Below are positions 12,500 to 25,299 of a DNA stretch of 64,000 bases, piece after piece. The DNA is from Camelus ferus (lineage: Eukaryota). Positions within the stretch are counted from its first letter, which is position 1; the number at the start of each line of letters is the position of its first letter. The position numbers and the translations under genes are program-made. The stretch is from the NCBI RefSeq assembly GCF_009834535.1, contig NC_045696.1, positions 65,350,001 to 65,414,000 on the forward strand, in the 5' to 3' direction. The notes beneath the pieces were generated by a model. The model made no database searches. It had not been told where the DNA came from and worked only from the letters and a program-made list of their open reading frames with translations.

Positions 12500-12878
12500 C
12501 AAGCCAGAAATCCACCAGGGTGATGAGAGGCAAACAAAAGTACAACGTCCATGATGATAAGCTGAACAGACTGAGGATTCCTAGCACTGAGAAAAGAAAA
12601 CTAGAAAGGCTACTGTAGGAGAGGTATTGGATTTAATACATGGGGGGTTTAATTCTGAAGTTATAAACAATGGATAAAAGTTCAAGAAAGATATATTTGA
12701 TTAAAGCTGCATAAAAATAAAAGATTTATAAAGTCTGAACTGTGGCTTTGGGGCTTATAAAACATTATTGCAGGTTGAAATTTGTCATCAGGTTTGTGTG
12801 GTGAAGGTGGCACTAGATGGAACATTGGACCAACCAATCTCTTAAGTCTTCTCTAAACCTGAAGTTCTAGATTCTGTG
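12500..12878 (+). mobile_element. L3/CR1 LINE 3' fragment
   Basis: CR1-like GAGAAAAGAAAACTAG and 3' end CTTAAGTCTTCTCTAAACCTGAAGTTCTAGATTCTGTG. Confidence 0.6.
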
Positions 12879-15800
12879 GCTGATTTTTAAACTGTGGTTT
12901 CTTGCTGTAAATCTTGACCGAAGAAGATTGCTGCACACATCTTCCCATCCCTTTAAATCTGAAAATTATTTAAAAGCATTATCTCCTACATCATACCATT
13001 TATTTGACATTACCATAAAGATGTCCAATTTTATTTGAAAAGCTTTGAAGTTATTTTAAAATGTCAGCCAAATTATTGTCCTTTCTTTAATTTTATATTT
13101 GGAATCGCAGAAAGAGGAATTTGGCTTTATAATAAGGAATAGCCCAATGTTTCATTTCAAGAGGCAATTCATTTGTGGGCTGGCTGTCAGCATTTTGCAG
13201 CTGGATATTTAGTGCCTCCAGCATTATGGGAGAGACTAGAGAACCCAAAATGACCTGGCAACATTCCGGGTGATCAGCTGTCTCAGTTAAGTTGTCTTTA
13301 ATCCAGCAGCTGTCTCTAAAAATCTTTCTAGCTGCTTTGATTTTCAAGGTTTGATTCAGTATCGCAAAATCTTTTACTTTGGAAAGTTTCTGATAAACAT
13401 GTTTTTTTTTTTTTTTTCCCCAAGGTATTGCATTATCTTTGTGAAATTGAATATTGATCCTTTTCACTCAGACAGTTCTGGAGTCAAGGACAATTCTGAG
13501 ACTTGGGTCCTGGTTTAAAGACACAGTATATAATTGTACATGTTTTCTTCGTGGGCACTCACCAGTGGATTCAGTTTTTGTAATAAGTGCACCTAGTTTG
13601 CATAAAGTATGGAGATTGGTTTGTCATATGTGTCATTTGTAAATATAAATTCTCAGGTACCAAATAGCTTCTTAGAAGGCAAAACAGAATGAGCGGGATT
13701 TTTAACTTTTATTTAGGCATGAGAAATTCTTAGATCATGACCAGCCTTCCAATTAATATCAAGTATCTTTAGTCCTCTTTGAGGTCCTTAAATCTTCAAA
13801 ATCGAAACAAAACTGGGTTGTATTGGTGAAAGCTTAATATTAAAGGACCCAGTGCTACTTATTGCATTAACATGCTGTGTTATAAACTGGTAAGACATGG
13901 AGGGAAAAGTGCTAAATTTTACATTATCATTGTGGTTGATTTGGGGTATTTTCCCTACTGTTACACAGCCATGAAATTATTGATAAGAGCTTAGAGGAAA
14001 GGTACTTCTTGTACCTACTGTACAAAGCCTACAGCATATTCTACGAAGTAATTTTTCAGTCTATATAAATAACTCTAATGGCACCCATCTCACAGCTTCA
14101 AGGTAGCACATTAATGTGTCAGGCAACTAAAGTCTTAGAAAGCTATTCACAGATTAAACCAAATTCTGCTGCAGCTAGTTCTGTCCCCTAAGGCCACATA
14201 AGACAATCTATACTTTTCTGTCCAATTAATAGATTTGCAGGAACTAGAAGACTGTAATTAATGTAGATTAGTACAATTTATTTAAAATAGTTACTACATT
14301 ATGAATTAATTATGGAAATTCCATTAAAATTTTTTAAAAGCCAGGGCAGTAAAGTAGCTTGACAACATCTTTGTAGCTTGTAGCATGGTGGGGCTGCATC
14401 TTCTGTAAGCTCTAAAGGCAGTTCATAAATTAAATTAACAGATGATGTGATTGCTAGATTTCTGTTGAGGAATTAAATAACAAAATCTGGGTATAACCAC
14501 CTATGTAAGACAAGGGTAATTGTTCTTTTACTTTCAGTACTTTCTTTACTACACTAAAGATTTACATTTTTAAAATCTTTCTTTCTTTCTCCCATCCTCC
14601 CCCTCATTTTTTTTTCTTCTTTCCTTTCTGATTTATAGCCCTGGCCTTTTCCTTCTATGTTTGACCCAAATGTAATCAGAACCAGAAATTTCACCTCCTC
14701 CTTAAATTTAGTTTACATTCTGCATTGATAAATGGATGAACGAATCAATACGTAACCGAGTCCCATGAAGGTCCAGAACACTGGCTTCATAGCAAGAGTT
14801 CCTTCACTCTTCTTTTCTTCATTTTTGTCCCAGGATAGTTTGTCTTTTTACCTAAATATGGTAGGTTGGCAACTCAGGTACATATCTTTCCTTTTAAGAG
14901 CATCAACTTATTCTGAATCTCCAGTAATAACATATTCCCAGTTGCCACAGAGTCCTCCTAATGGAAAGCCGCTTGCTGGCAAGCCTTTGAGCTAAACATT
15001 CTCAGAATTTTGACTAAGACTTATATTCTTTGGACACTAGGCACGCCCTGACTTCAGCCCCAGAATCAGCTTCTATAGGTGGGGTAAGTCATTTCTTGAC
15101 CATCTGCTCCCGGTAGGTACAGATTCTTTGAGGTGTTAAATGTTGTGTTTGATCTTTATGATGCAAATCATCAACTTACAATGTATAAAAACCATTAGAA
15201 TTATGTGGTGACTCAGCCTCAAGTAATCTGAATAATTTTAATTCTCATAAAATTTCAAAAATTAACATCGTAACAGACCATCACCTGCCTGCCACAATAT
15301 AGTTTGGTTATTATGCCTTTTTGTGTGAAAAGGAAGAAGATAATCCTGTGAGATTTCTCACATAAAATGAAATCTTTTATTATAAACTTTAGACTGTTAA
15401 AAATGTTTTATTTCTGAATAAAACTTCAGGCAAAAGAGTTGATATTAAGACCAATTTGATAATGTTTAATCTATGTCTCTTTGTGGTGGTCAGTATTTCA
15501 GTGATATGGTTCTATAAAATACCTGGCTATAACCTTGTCTAGTACCTTACATGATAATCAAATTGAGATTTCCTCCTGGGGACACTGTCTCCCAAGACAT
15601 TTTATGTACCCTGTCAAGATTATTAAGTGCTGACATTTCATATTTATCCTGAAGAGTGATACTTCCAATTCTGCTTATTCTTTTATTTGAGAATTTATTG
15701 CAGCTCATGTAGAGCAGTTGATTGTCATCAAACATCTTGCAGAAGAATTGATGTGAAAGTTAGAGGGAAGGACATAGAAAAAGATGGATCAATGTGACTC

Positions 15801-17199
15801 CGGAAGAGAGACTATGAAAATAACCCCTGTCAAAATTCCCAGCATATTCTTTAATAAAGAGATTTCAGCCAGTTAAATATATGTTTTTAGAACTCTTTTT
15901 ACCACTCATGCAAAAAGAAATGTAGTCTTAAAATAAAGATAAGAAGCTATTAAATTCTAAGCCCAGAAACCAATCCCAAGGCATCTTGATCATTAGTAGC
16001 TTAAATTATATGATACTTTTGAGCATCAAAGGCTCCAAATAGCATGTAATAATCCTCATGAAAGTGGGCTTTAGAACAGGAAAATTATACTCACATCCAG
16101 ATACCAGGATAAAAGTCGGTCACAGACCAAGGTGATTTCTGAGCTGAAATATCTAGATGGAGGACTTGTTGCCAATCTTTTAAGTTTTTAATTGTATAGA
16201 GATCTTTATCATTTATTAAATCTATCAAAAATTAAATGGTTCTTCCATCTGAATGCAATTTAAAGCCGCTAAAAGTATTTCTATGTTGATAAACAGGCAC
16301 AGGCATCCTTAAGATCAAGTGTTTAGACCCCCTAATAATATCAATGTATTTTTATGGATACTTTTAATTTTTATAAAATGGATTTCTTCAACACCCATTA
16401 TGAAAATTTCAAACGTACAAAACTAGACAGAAAATCCAGCTTCATCAGTTATCCACTACTGAGCAATCTTGTTCCCCCTCTAGCCCACTTTCCATTTGTC
16501 CTAGTCTCAAGGCCTCTCACTTGGCCAACTGGATTGTTTTAAACAAATCCTTTCAAGTAGTTTTTGCTTGTCTGTTTGTTTGTAAACAATAAGCTATCTT
16601 TTAAGAAAGAATATATAAATAAGTCTGATCATTATAGATTTTTTAAAATGTGTGTTTCTTAAAATAGTTCTACAGTTGTCCTGCTCTAATTTAACAGCTG
16701 TCTCAGATTAAGGCGATAGATGTCAAAAATGTCTTCTTCCCATGGGTGAATAAGTAAATAAAGATGTGACAGATGCTAGAAATTTTCCTCAGAGCAAACA
16801 CAGAGGTGAAATTCATCAACAGATTAGTCAAGAGATTTGAATGCTGGCTATGATGCGAGTTAAAACAAGAAGATGTGATGAAGGCGAGTGCATTTTAAAC
16901 ATTAAGATATTCTTGGGAAAGGGAGAAAAAGGCTCTCCACTTGTTTCTGAGAAAATGTGAAGAAATTACAACAATATGTTCATTGGGTTCTACTGGCAGT
17001 AATTTTGTAGAGAAACAGTCTGGCTCCAGCAACAGCAGGGAATGAATGAGTCTAATGGGGATCGTGGCCTGTTGAATTCTCACCTTCAGTCTTTGGTTAA
17101 CCTGCTGCTTGGAGCCTACCTGCTCGTCAGTCTTCTCTGGAAAAAGGGCTGCTGCTGCTGCTTATGCATTTATGTACACTTAAAACTGATTGGGTTATT

Positions 17200-17425
17200 A
17201 CTCTTGGTAGTCCTTTATATTGCTCTTTATAACTCACAAAGCACATTCATTTCATTTTCAAAATAACCCCAAACAAGTCAGGCATGTATTTTTCCCTCTG
17301 TGACTAAGGCAACTGAGGCTGAGAAAGCATGTAACTTACCAAAGGTCAATAAGGAGGAGGGTTGCAAAGCCAGTACCTGAATTCACATCTTCGGATTCCA
17401 GCTCAAGGTTGAGGAGAGCACACTG
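17200..17425 (-). mobile_element. MIR SINE
   Basis: Core AAGGCAACTGAGGCTGAGAAAGCATGTAACTTACCAAAGGTCA...TCTTCGGATTCCAG. Confidence 0.7.
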
Positions 17426-18089
17426 CTGCTGTCTTTACCATGGAAAGGTAGTAGACAGGCTCTCTTTACCATAGAAAGACAGCAAAGCCATGGTTTTTAC
17501 TCATCAGCCCCTCTACTGCTTTTGTCAGTCCCCAAAGACTGACTGGTTACATTTTGAAAGGTTTACAGTGTCAGCCACACATAGGAGCAGAATTATTCCA
17601 TCAAAATGAGAAATTCTCCTCTAGAATGTACAAGTAGGATCTCAGCAGGACAGCAACTAAAAAGGAAAAGAGAAAAAGGGTTCAGGCTTCAAGGCAGGTT
17701 GGCAAATTAAGATGGCACCTAAGACACACACTGGGGTTTGCTGCGACTTGAGCATGACTGCTCGATGAAGCATTTGCTAGAAGAAAATACCAGATTGCTC
17801 AGCCCTGATTACAGATAAATCAAGACTTCAAAAGGCCATTACATGAGCCTATATCTTTTTCTTTTACTGAAAGAAAAATGATAGTTTTCCTAAAATGCAA
17901 TAAAAATCCATGTCTATAAATTATGCCCACTTCTCGGAGAGGGGGTGAGGGTTGGGGATAACATATTCATGTTTCTATTTCTCCTTCTCTGTCAAAGGAA
18001 ACTTCATGGTGCTGTGCTTAGCATTTATATACGCAGACAAAACATTCTGTTTATGCAGACAAGTTTGAAATAAAGGAGCAAGGCACGCT

Positions 18090-18511
18090 GAAGTTTGAGA
18101 GACAGTTTATTACTGAAGAGGAAAAATCAAAGAGATTCAAAGTATGAAAGAAGCAGCCCACAACTGCTAGGGGGAGCAACATGAAAATCATGAATGTGGG
18201 TGGTTTCTGGGAGCAAAAATAAGCACCTGGCTGACAGGCAGCAAGGAGCTGGAGACCACAGTCCTACAACCTCATGAAAATAAATTTTACCAACAACCTG
18301 AATGAAGTTGGGAGTGAATTATTTGCCAGAGACTCCAGTGATGACACAGACCTGCCAACACATTGATTTTGACCTTGTGAAACCTGGAGCAGAGGACCCA
18401 GTTGAGCTATCCAAAACTTTCGACCTACAGAACTGTGAGATTAAAATTTTGCATTGCTTTAAGCCTCTAAATTTGTGACAGCTTGTTATGGTATCACAGA
18501 AAGCTAATACA
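18090..18511 (+). mobile_element. MaLR LTR (MLT1E-like), 5' part missing
   Basis: CAGCAAGGAGCTGGAGACCACAGTCCTACAACC...GACCTACAGAACTGTGAGA...AAAGCTAATACA end. Confidence 0.85.
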
Positions 18512-19029
18512 GGCTTCATGGATATGAACTTTGATATATGGTTAAGATCACAAAAAGAAGAGACTAAGAGGAGGGCATCCCAGCAGAGGGTAAAGTACAG
18601 GTAACAGCACAAAGGCAGAATAATTCAAGTGTGATAAAAATCAATTCAGTTTGCCTCATAAAACTGAATCGCACAGCTCCAGTTAGCTCATCTGAAAGTG
18701 TGTAATGAACAATATTCTTTGGAGGTCTAGAGGGTCAACGAAAGGGCTTTAGGGGAAACTGGGAAGGATTATTAAAGGAAAGAACATTGACTCATTGGAG
18801 ACCACTACACTCTTCACCTTTATAATGTCTCAACCACTAATGTTTCACCTTTATTCATTCTTTATATAGGACACAACATGTTGCCATCTGAAGAAAGGAT
18901 TCTGCAGCTTAAACCATTACAAAACAGCTAAATTTGATGATCCCTTCCAGATCAACTAGCTACAGTTATTTCTCAAGCATGTTTGGAGGATCAAATCAGA
19001 TAATCATGAAATGTCATTGTTTCACATTA

Positions 19030-19556
19030 CTGGTAGTTTTCCTATGGTGATGTGCATTGAAATAAGCATGACCCAGAAGAACTGCCACTGAGGGCTGGCA
19101 TTGTTGTTAGAAGTAAACATGCTCTAGTAGAAGTATAGTGATGTCAACACAACTGACCTCACTCCTCCTTCTTTTGCAGTAGCTCACAGTGGCTGTTTAG
19201 GGTCAGGGAGAAGAAAAAACTCTGTTCTACATAGTCATTCAAGATCCAAATTGACTGAAGCTTTGCTGTCTTCAATACGTGACTCCTTTGTCCTCTCGAG
19301 TCATTATTATTGTCATTCTAGCCAAATGGAGATGAAAATAGCAGGGAGAAACACTCCAGAGAGCTTTTATGATCAAGGACAGGAAGTGGTACATATAATG
19401 TCTACTCTCATTTCATGAGAGAGCATTGCATTAGTTACAAGAGAACAACCTAACTATACGGCAGACTGGGACATGTGGTGCTACCAATAGCCAAATGACC
19501 AGACATTATGGAAGAAGGGGGGTTGAAGACTTTGACCAATGGCTGTCTCTGCCTCA
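19030..19556 (-). mobile_element. Old MaLR LTR (MLT1J/K/L-like)
   Basis: AGTCATTCAAGATCCAAATTGACTGAAG...CAGGAAGTGGTACATATAATGTCTACTCTCATTTCATG...GTCTCTGCCTCA. Confidence 0.6.
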
Positions 19557-20319
19557 GAGTCATGTTCAAACAAAAGCCTCCAGGACAGCCTAGAAGTACT
19601 TCTTTTCTCAATAGTGAAAATCCATGGGGTTGTTGGGTAGAGGGTGTATACAGGTGGAGGAACAGGTTGTTGAGAGTGGGTCCAATGTTCGTATCAGGGA
19701 GAAGAAAAGATAGCAGTAAAGAGAAAAGTACTATGATTTTCTCTCATACTTTATAAAACCTACATTTATTCTGCTTGTGATAAGATATTGTGATATTTCA
19801 CAAAAACAGAGGAATATACAAGTATCCTGAATAATCTCCAGGGCTGCCAGTGAGCACAGACCTCAAAAGAGCTGGAAGCAGTACACCTAAATGAGGTTTT
19901 ATGAAACTGGAGACGGTATCGGTATGGGAGCTATGCAATGTACATATACTGCAAAGGCAATCAGATCTAAAAAGGAAGATCACAAATTTTCAACATTACT
20001 AAGGAAGTGAAGGACAATGAGAGTTTGGAATGTGATGGCAAGGAACAAAGAATTTCATTAAGGTCATATTTAGGTAAGTGAACTACTATTTAATGTATTC
20101 TTTACTATGCAATAAACTTGTGAGTATGACTCTGTGCCAAGAGTGCTTTCAAGATATGTTCCACACCAAAATAAATGATACAAACCATCTATTACAGTTG
20201 TATCTTATACCAAACTGCAAGAGATTTACGGAAAACATCACACGGCCTTTGGTGAAAGAGAGAGTTACCAGAGCTAAGAAACTATACCAGGTGTACAGTG
20301 AGTTACTGGTGAGTGAAAT

Positions 20320-20640
20320 GGAAGGGAACATGCAAATTGTGTTTTTAAAGACTTGGAAGCCCCTGTATAGGAGAGGAATTATATTTATTCTTTTGAATGC
20401 AAGGGATAGGCCCACTGAGAAACAGTGGAAACTTAGTGGAGTCAAATATGTTGTTTTACAAGCAACCTTCTCATTGTGCTTCAAAGATAGGGGGGGAACA
20501 TTGGGAGAAAACTTGCACTCCTCTTAACCAGACGACTACAAACAATCTAGTTGACCAACTGGCAGGAATGCAGCAGGGAGAGGTGATGGAGGCTAAGGGA
20601 TAATTCTAGATGCTTTTAGGTTCCTTCCAAACTTGAAATG
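20320..20640 (+). mobile_element. L3/CR1 LINE 3' fragment
   Basis: CR1-like GTTTTTAAAGACTTGGAAG...GAGAGGAATTATATTTATTCT and end TTCTAGATGCTTTTAGGTTCCTTCCAAAC. Confidence 0.5.
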
Positions 20641-21444
20641 GTCACTTCATGACAGAAATACAAAAAAAGACAAACTTCGTGCAAGCCTTAAAAATAATGC
20701 AGATGTGCTGGGTCATGTTCCTTTTTTGTAGGACAAGTATTTTGTTTGAGTTTTCTTTTCACTTTTTGAGAAGTTTGTGCAAAGGTGATCTAAGATAAAT
20801 CAATCTACTTTAATGACATTAGACATTGTACATCTACTGCTTACTCCTTACTAAGAAGGAAAAAAAAAAGATATTTCTTGTAGAGAAGTAGAGATATTCC
20901 TGCAGGTGTTAGTCCCAAAAACTACCAAGAAATTGAGATGAGGGTATAGCTATTAATATACCTACTTTACGCACAGGACATAAGGCACAAAACTGTTTGC
21001 TTAAGGCAAGACATCAAGTCAGTGAAGGAAACAGAAAATACCTCACCTTTGACTGTACTTTGGTATTCTGCGCCCTCATAGCAGCTGTCTCCTAAAAATG
21101 TGACTTTTATGTTGCTTAGTGTTATTTTAAACATTCCACTAGGAGTTCAAAATTATTGGCCTGAGGTGTCAAACTAAAGAAAAACAAACAAGCAAAAAGA
21201 CAACTTTCACTGCCTAGAGAAAGAAAATTGTCAAAGAAAACAGACATTTAAACTTCTTAACAACAACAAAAGTTTTTGTCTTATATAGCATATTGATTAA
21301 AGATACCACCTCTGCTTCTGTTACTCCATGATATTAAAAAGCTTTTTCAAAAAGTTTTAAACTCACATTTAGTTCAAAAGTTCAATGAGCTTGTTTAGTA
21401 TTGCTATTTTTATGCTACTAGTTCTGTTTATTCTGTGTTTTCAA

Positions 21445-22650
21445 GTTCTGCTGCTTCTAACCTAGTTTAAGCCATCATCTATCCTGTGGACTACTGTAAC
21501 ACTCTTTTAAAGAAACTAGTCCAATTCCTGAATATTCAATCCATGAATTTTGCCTGGAGAATCATTCTAAATTATAGACTGGGATATATGACTCTGTCCA
21601 AGAAGCATGGATGCCCTTCCACTAAACACAAAATAAGTCCATTCAAAAAGACACCTGCACCCCAAAGTTCATAGCAGCACTATTTACAGTAGCTAAGACA
21701 TGGAAATAACCTAAATGTTCATTGACAGATGACTGGATAAAGAAGTTGTGGTATATTTATATGATGGAATATTACTCCACCATAAAAAATGATAAAATAA
21801 TGCCATTTACAGCAACATGGATGGCCCTGGAGAATGTCATTCTAAGTGAAGTAAGCCAGAAAGAGAAAGAAAAATACCATATGATATCACTCATATATGG
21901 AATCTAAAAAAAAAATACAAATGAACTTATATATAAAACAGAAATAGACTCACAGACATAGAATACAGACTTGTGGTTGCCAGGGGAGAGAGGTGTGGGA
22001 AGGGATAAACTGGGAATAAGAGATTTGCAGATACTGACTGGTATGTGTAAAATAAATAAACAAGTTTATACTGTATAGCACAGGGAAATATATTCAATAA
22101 CTTGTAGAAGCTTATGGTGAAAAAGAATAGGAAAATGAATATATGTATATTCATGTATGACTGAAGAACTGGGCTATACACCAGAAATTGACACAACATT
22201 GTAAATTGACTATAACTCAATTTTTAAAAAAAGTTAAGTCCAAATTCCTTAGCCTAAGATTAAGATCAACAAGCTGGTCTCAAAATATTCTAAAAAATCT
22301 TTTCATCTAGTAATTCCTCACACTTTCTTATACCTTCATAGTCAAGTCAAAGGGGGGCATTTAATATCAGTTCTAAATAGTTGTTTTAAGTAAATCCAGT
22401 TTTAAAGAATCATATTATTTTCTTCTGAAAGCCCTCTACTGCATGCTACAAGCTTTGTAAGTGCTTAACCAATGTCTTATCTATGCGTCAAGCCCCATTC
22501 AAATCTAAAGTCTTTTTGTAAGCCTTCCAGGGACCATTAAGTAGCCATGAAATTATCTTCCTACCTTGTATTTCCATTATATGTTATAATCTGCATTCTG
22601 TAACACCCACTATTGATTAATTTATATTAGAATCATTTATATGAATATTT
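21445..22650 (+). mobile_element. L2 element split by an L1 insertion
   Basis: L2 text (CTAGTTTAAGCCATCATCT...GGACTACTGTAACACTC) stops at AAATAAGTCCA and resumes at TAAGTCCAAATTCCTTAGCC after the L1. Confidence 0.7.
21642..22234 (+). mobile_element. 5'-truncated L1 (ORF2 C-terminus and 3' UTR)
   Basis: ORF 21722-21907 (DWIKKLWYIYMMEYYSTIK...LENVILSEVSQKEKEKYHMISLIYGI) is the L1 ORF2 C-terminus. TSD TAAGTCCA at 21634-21641 and 22235-22242. Confidence 0.95.
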
Positions 22651-22657
22651 CTGACTT

Positions 22658-23416
22658 TCTATCAGTCAAGGTCCAGTCAAGAAAATGTATAATGTGCCAA
22701 CTGTTTTAACAGAGAAAATTATATAGTTGGTTACACAATTAGAAGATTATTTTTCACTTTTTTTCACTGAAGTAGAGTTGATTTATAATGTGTTAGTTTC
22801 TGGTGTACAACGAAGAGATTAAACAGGCAAAGCAAGAAACACTGAGATAGAGCTATTTCCTTCAGGAAGAAGCTACCATTCCTGGAGACGAGGTTAAAGA
22901 AAGGGAAGAGGTTAGTGTTTTTAAAACTCTAAAGCTTGGAGGAGGCTCTTTTAGAGGTGGGACTCAGAACTCTTTCGAGAACTCACTGCCCAGTTGGGCT
23001 GGTACCTCAGCATCTTAGATGAGAAAACTGGGAAGCTGGCACTCAGACCTTTGAAGAGCGGCACAGTCTGACCAATGCTGCTGTTTCTCAGGGAGCGCAA
23101 TGAGGTTAGTCCTGGAGTGAAGAGAGAAAACTGGAAATCGGCATCAACTGCCACTGCTAGAATAAAGAGACACTGCTGGCATGTGGGGACGGGAACAGAA
23201 AACAGCACACTATGGAATGGATTCTCATTTTTCTCTAGCACTCCCCATTAGCAGAACTATCAGGGGGGCATCAGGCAAAGCAGAAACGTAGCTTGCATAG
23301 CCCAGTGCAGAACGTGCAGAGAAAGCATGATATGCATGACAGAACCACCATGCTGCACACCAGAAGCTAACACAGCACTGTAAATTAAGAGAGACAAAGT
23401 ATTATAAGCCAACACA
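22658..23416 (-). mobile_element. Old LTR (LTR78-like) carrying two short L1 3' fragments
   Basis: ATCAGTCAAGGTCCAGTCAAGAAA...TTTTAACAGAGAAAATT start, internal GGGACTCAGA repeats, and CCCCATTAGCAGAACT...GGCAAAGCAGAAA near the end. Confidence 0.55.
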
Positions 23417-25299
23417 GTTTTGTGAGGTTCTGAATTCCCAGAGGGCCAGGACCAGGTCTGAATAGCCATATGTCTTCCACACGAGCATATCATAATATGC
23501 TCCATGTAGTAAGAAATCAGAAATATTTTATTTGAAATCTGCAAATATCCTTGATTAGCTCCGAGCCACAGATATCTCAAATGTAAAATAAAAATTACAT
23601 CACCTTCTAGTAATAAAAGGTAGAGTGATATAAGATAACATGTCAAGGACTGAGAATTTTAAATGAAATTTTACACTTTTATTTTCTGTTATATTATAGT
23701 CAGGAGACCACTGAAGAAAAGTGCAACAGACCTTTCCTAGTGTTAAGGATACCCTGGTTTTCAAGGGGGAAACGATTAGAAGGCCAGCCCAGTGTGTCAC
23801 CAGGAGTTTTTCTCAGCAGTGTCTTTGGCTAATACGAAAAAAATTCCAGCTGTTCCTGGTATGGAAAAATAAAAGAGATATTTCTGAAATGAAATGAAAG
23901 TAAGCAAGTAAGAATAAGAAACTTAAGAGGGAGGGCATGAAGTAGACAAAATACTTTAAGCATAAACTTCCAGCTGATGACATTAACCCTCTATCTCAGG
24001 GGCTAATAATCTGGGATAGTAGGACATTGTGGATAACATGGAATTGAGATGAGGGTATCATCTAAAGAACAAGAGGTCTAAGTAAATAAAACCTCCATAT
24101 TTTTATCTTCTGGTAAAATACTTCATATTTGAGCAGAGTATGAGAGATATTTCCCATAAAAGTACCATTTATTATTACAAAATATATGATATATTTACCA
24201 TCCTAGGCATTTAGAAAAAAAAAAAAAAGAGGGGGAGGCAGAGTGAGAAAAAAAATACATGCATGTATCTGTGCACATATGTGTGGTAAACATTTGGTAC
24301 AGAAGTGTTGTGATTTGATATATTAACATTCCTACATTTTTCAAGAAAAACAACACAGAAAACACATTTGCTTCTCTTTACTGAATGTCCATGTACTTTA
24401 ACAAATAAATCATCAACAAATCCCTACATATAAAACTGGCTAGCAATGAAATAACTGTGACTATTTATTAAGCCTTTAATGCCAGTCATTGAGGCAGGTC
24501 ATATATATAATTATTTATCTTATTTCTCACATCCCTGTGCTGAAGTACTATTACGTTACAAGCAAAATAACTCATGCATAAAGTTACTCTGTTAATACTA
24601 GTTGAATGAATAAATACATGATACACTAAATTCCTATTTTACAGATGAGATTCTAAGCTGTGAAGGAAAAATTGCCAAATGTTGTTTTACTTTAACGAGT
24701 TCTGAAGATTTAAGTTCCATTTAAACAGAAACAAAAAGGAATTATTTTCAGGTTTTGAGATGAGGACTTGGTATGATTAAAATAATGTTTAAATTCACGT
24801 GTACATTGTTGAAAGAAAGGAAAAATTTCACTCTGTGAGATAATGCCTCACAGAATAGTAGCAATAGTTTTTAAATTAAGAATGGCAATATATAAAATAT
24901 TTGACCTAGAAGGTGAACAACCACTATATCTTATTTCTCACATAAGGCAAGGTACCTCTGTTTCCAAGGATGATTTCAGCTTAGCTACAGAAAAAATGAG
25001 AATGACAATAAAAAGCTTGTTTCTCTATGTGCTTGAATACATTGGATCAACCTCACAAGTGCTTTCCCAAGTCACTTTTCTGACCCTTATATCTTCTCCC
25101 TTTGCTTAGTCTATTGCTCTAAGCTATATATGTCAAACTCCTAACTATTCATACAGATCCTGTTCAAATCTCACTCCTTTCATTGGGAAGTCCTGGATTC
25201 TTCTGCCCCAAATAGGTATTTCCTGTGAATACTTATGGCCTTTCAACTCTGACTTTTGAGGGGCACATTTTACCATCTTTTTCTATAATGAATGATTGC

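Noticed and set aside
13093..13467. 124-aa minus-strand ORF in unique DNA
   Set aside because: Non-ATG start, runs through a homopolymer, no recognisable domain, weak splice sites
20078..20527. Longest ORF (149 aa) with overlapping ORFs
   Set aside because: Overlaps a decayed L3/CR1 fragment; no recognisable protein motif
21722..21907. ORF with a real protein motif
   Set aside because: C-terminus of L1 ORF2 in a truncated copy, not a host gene
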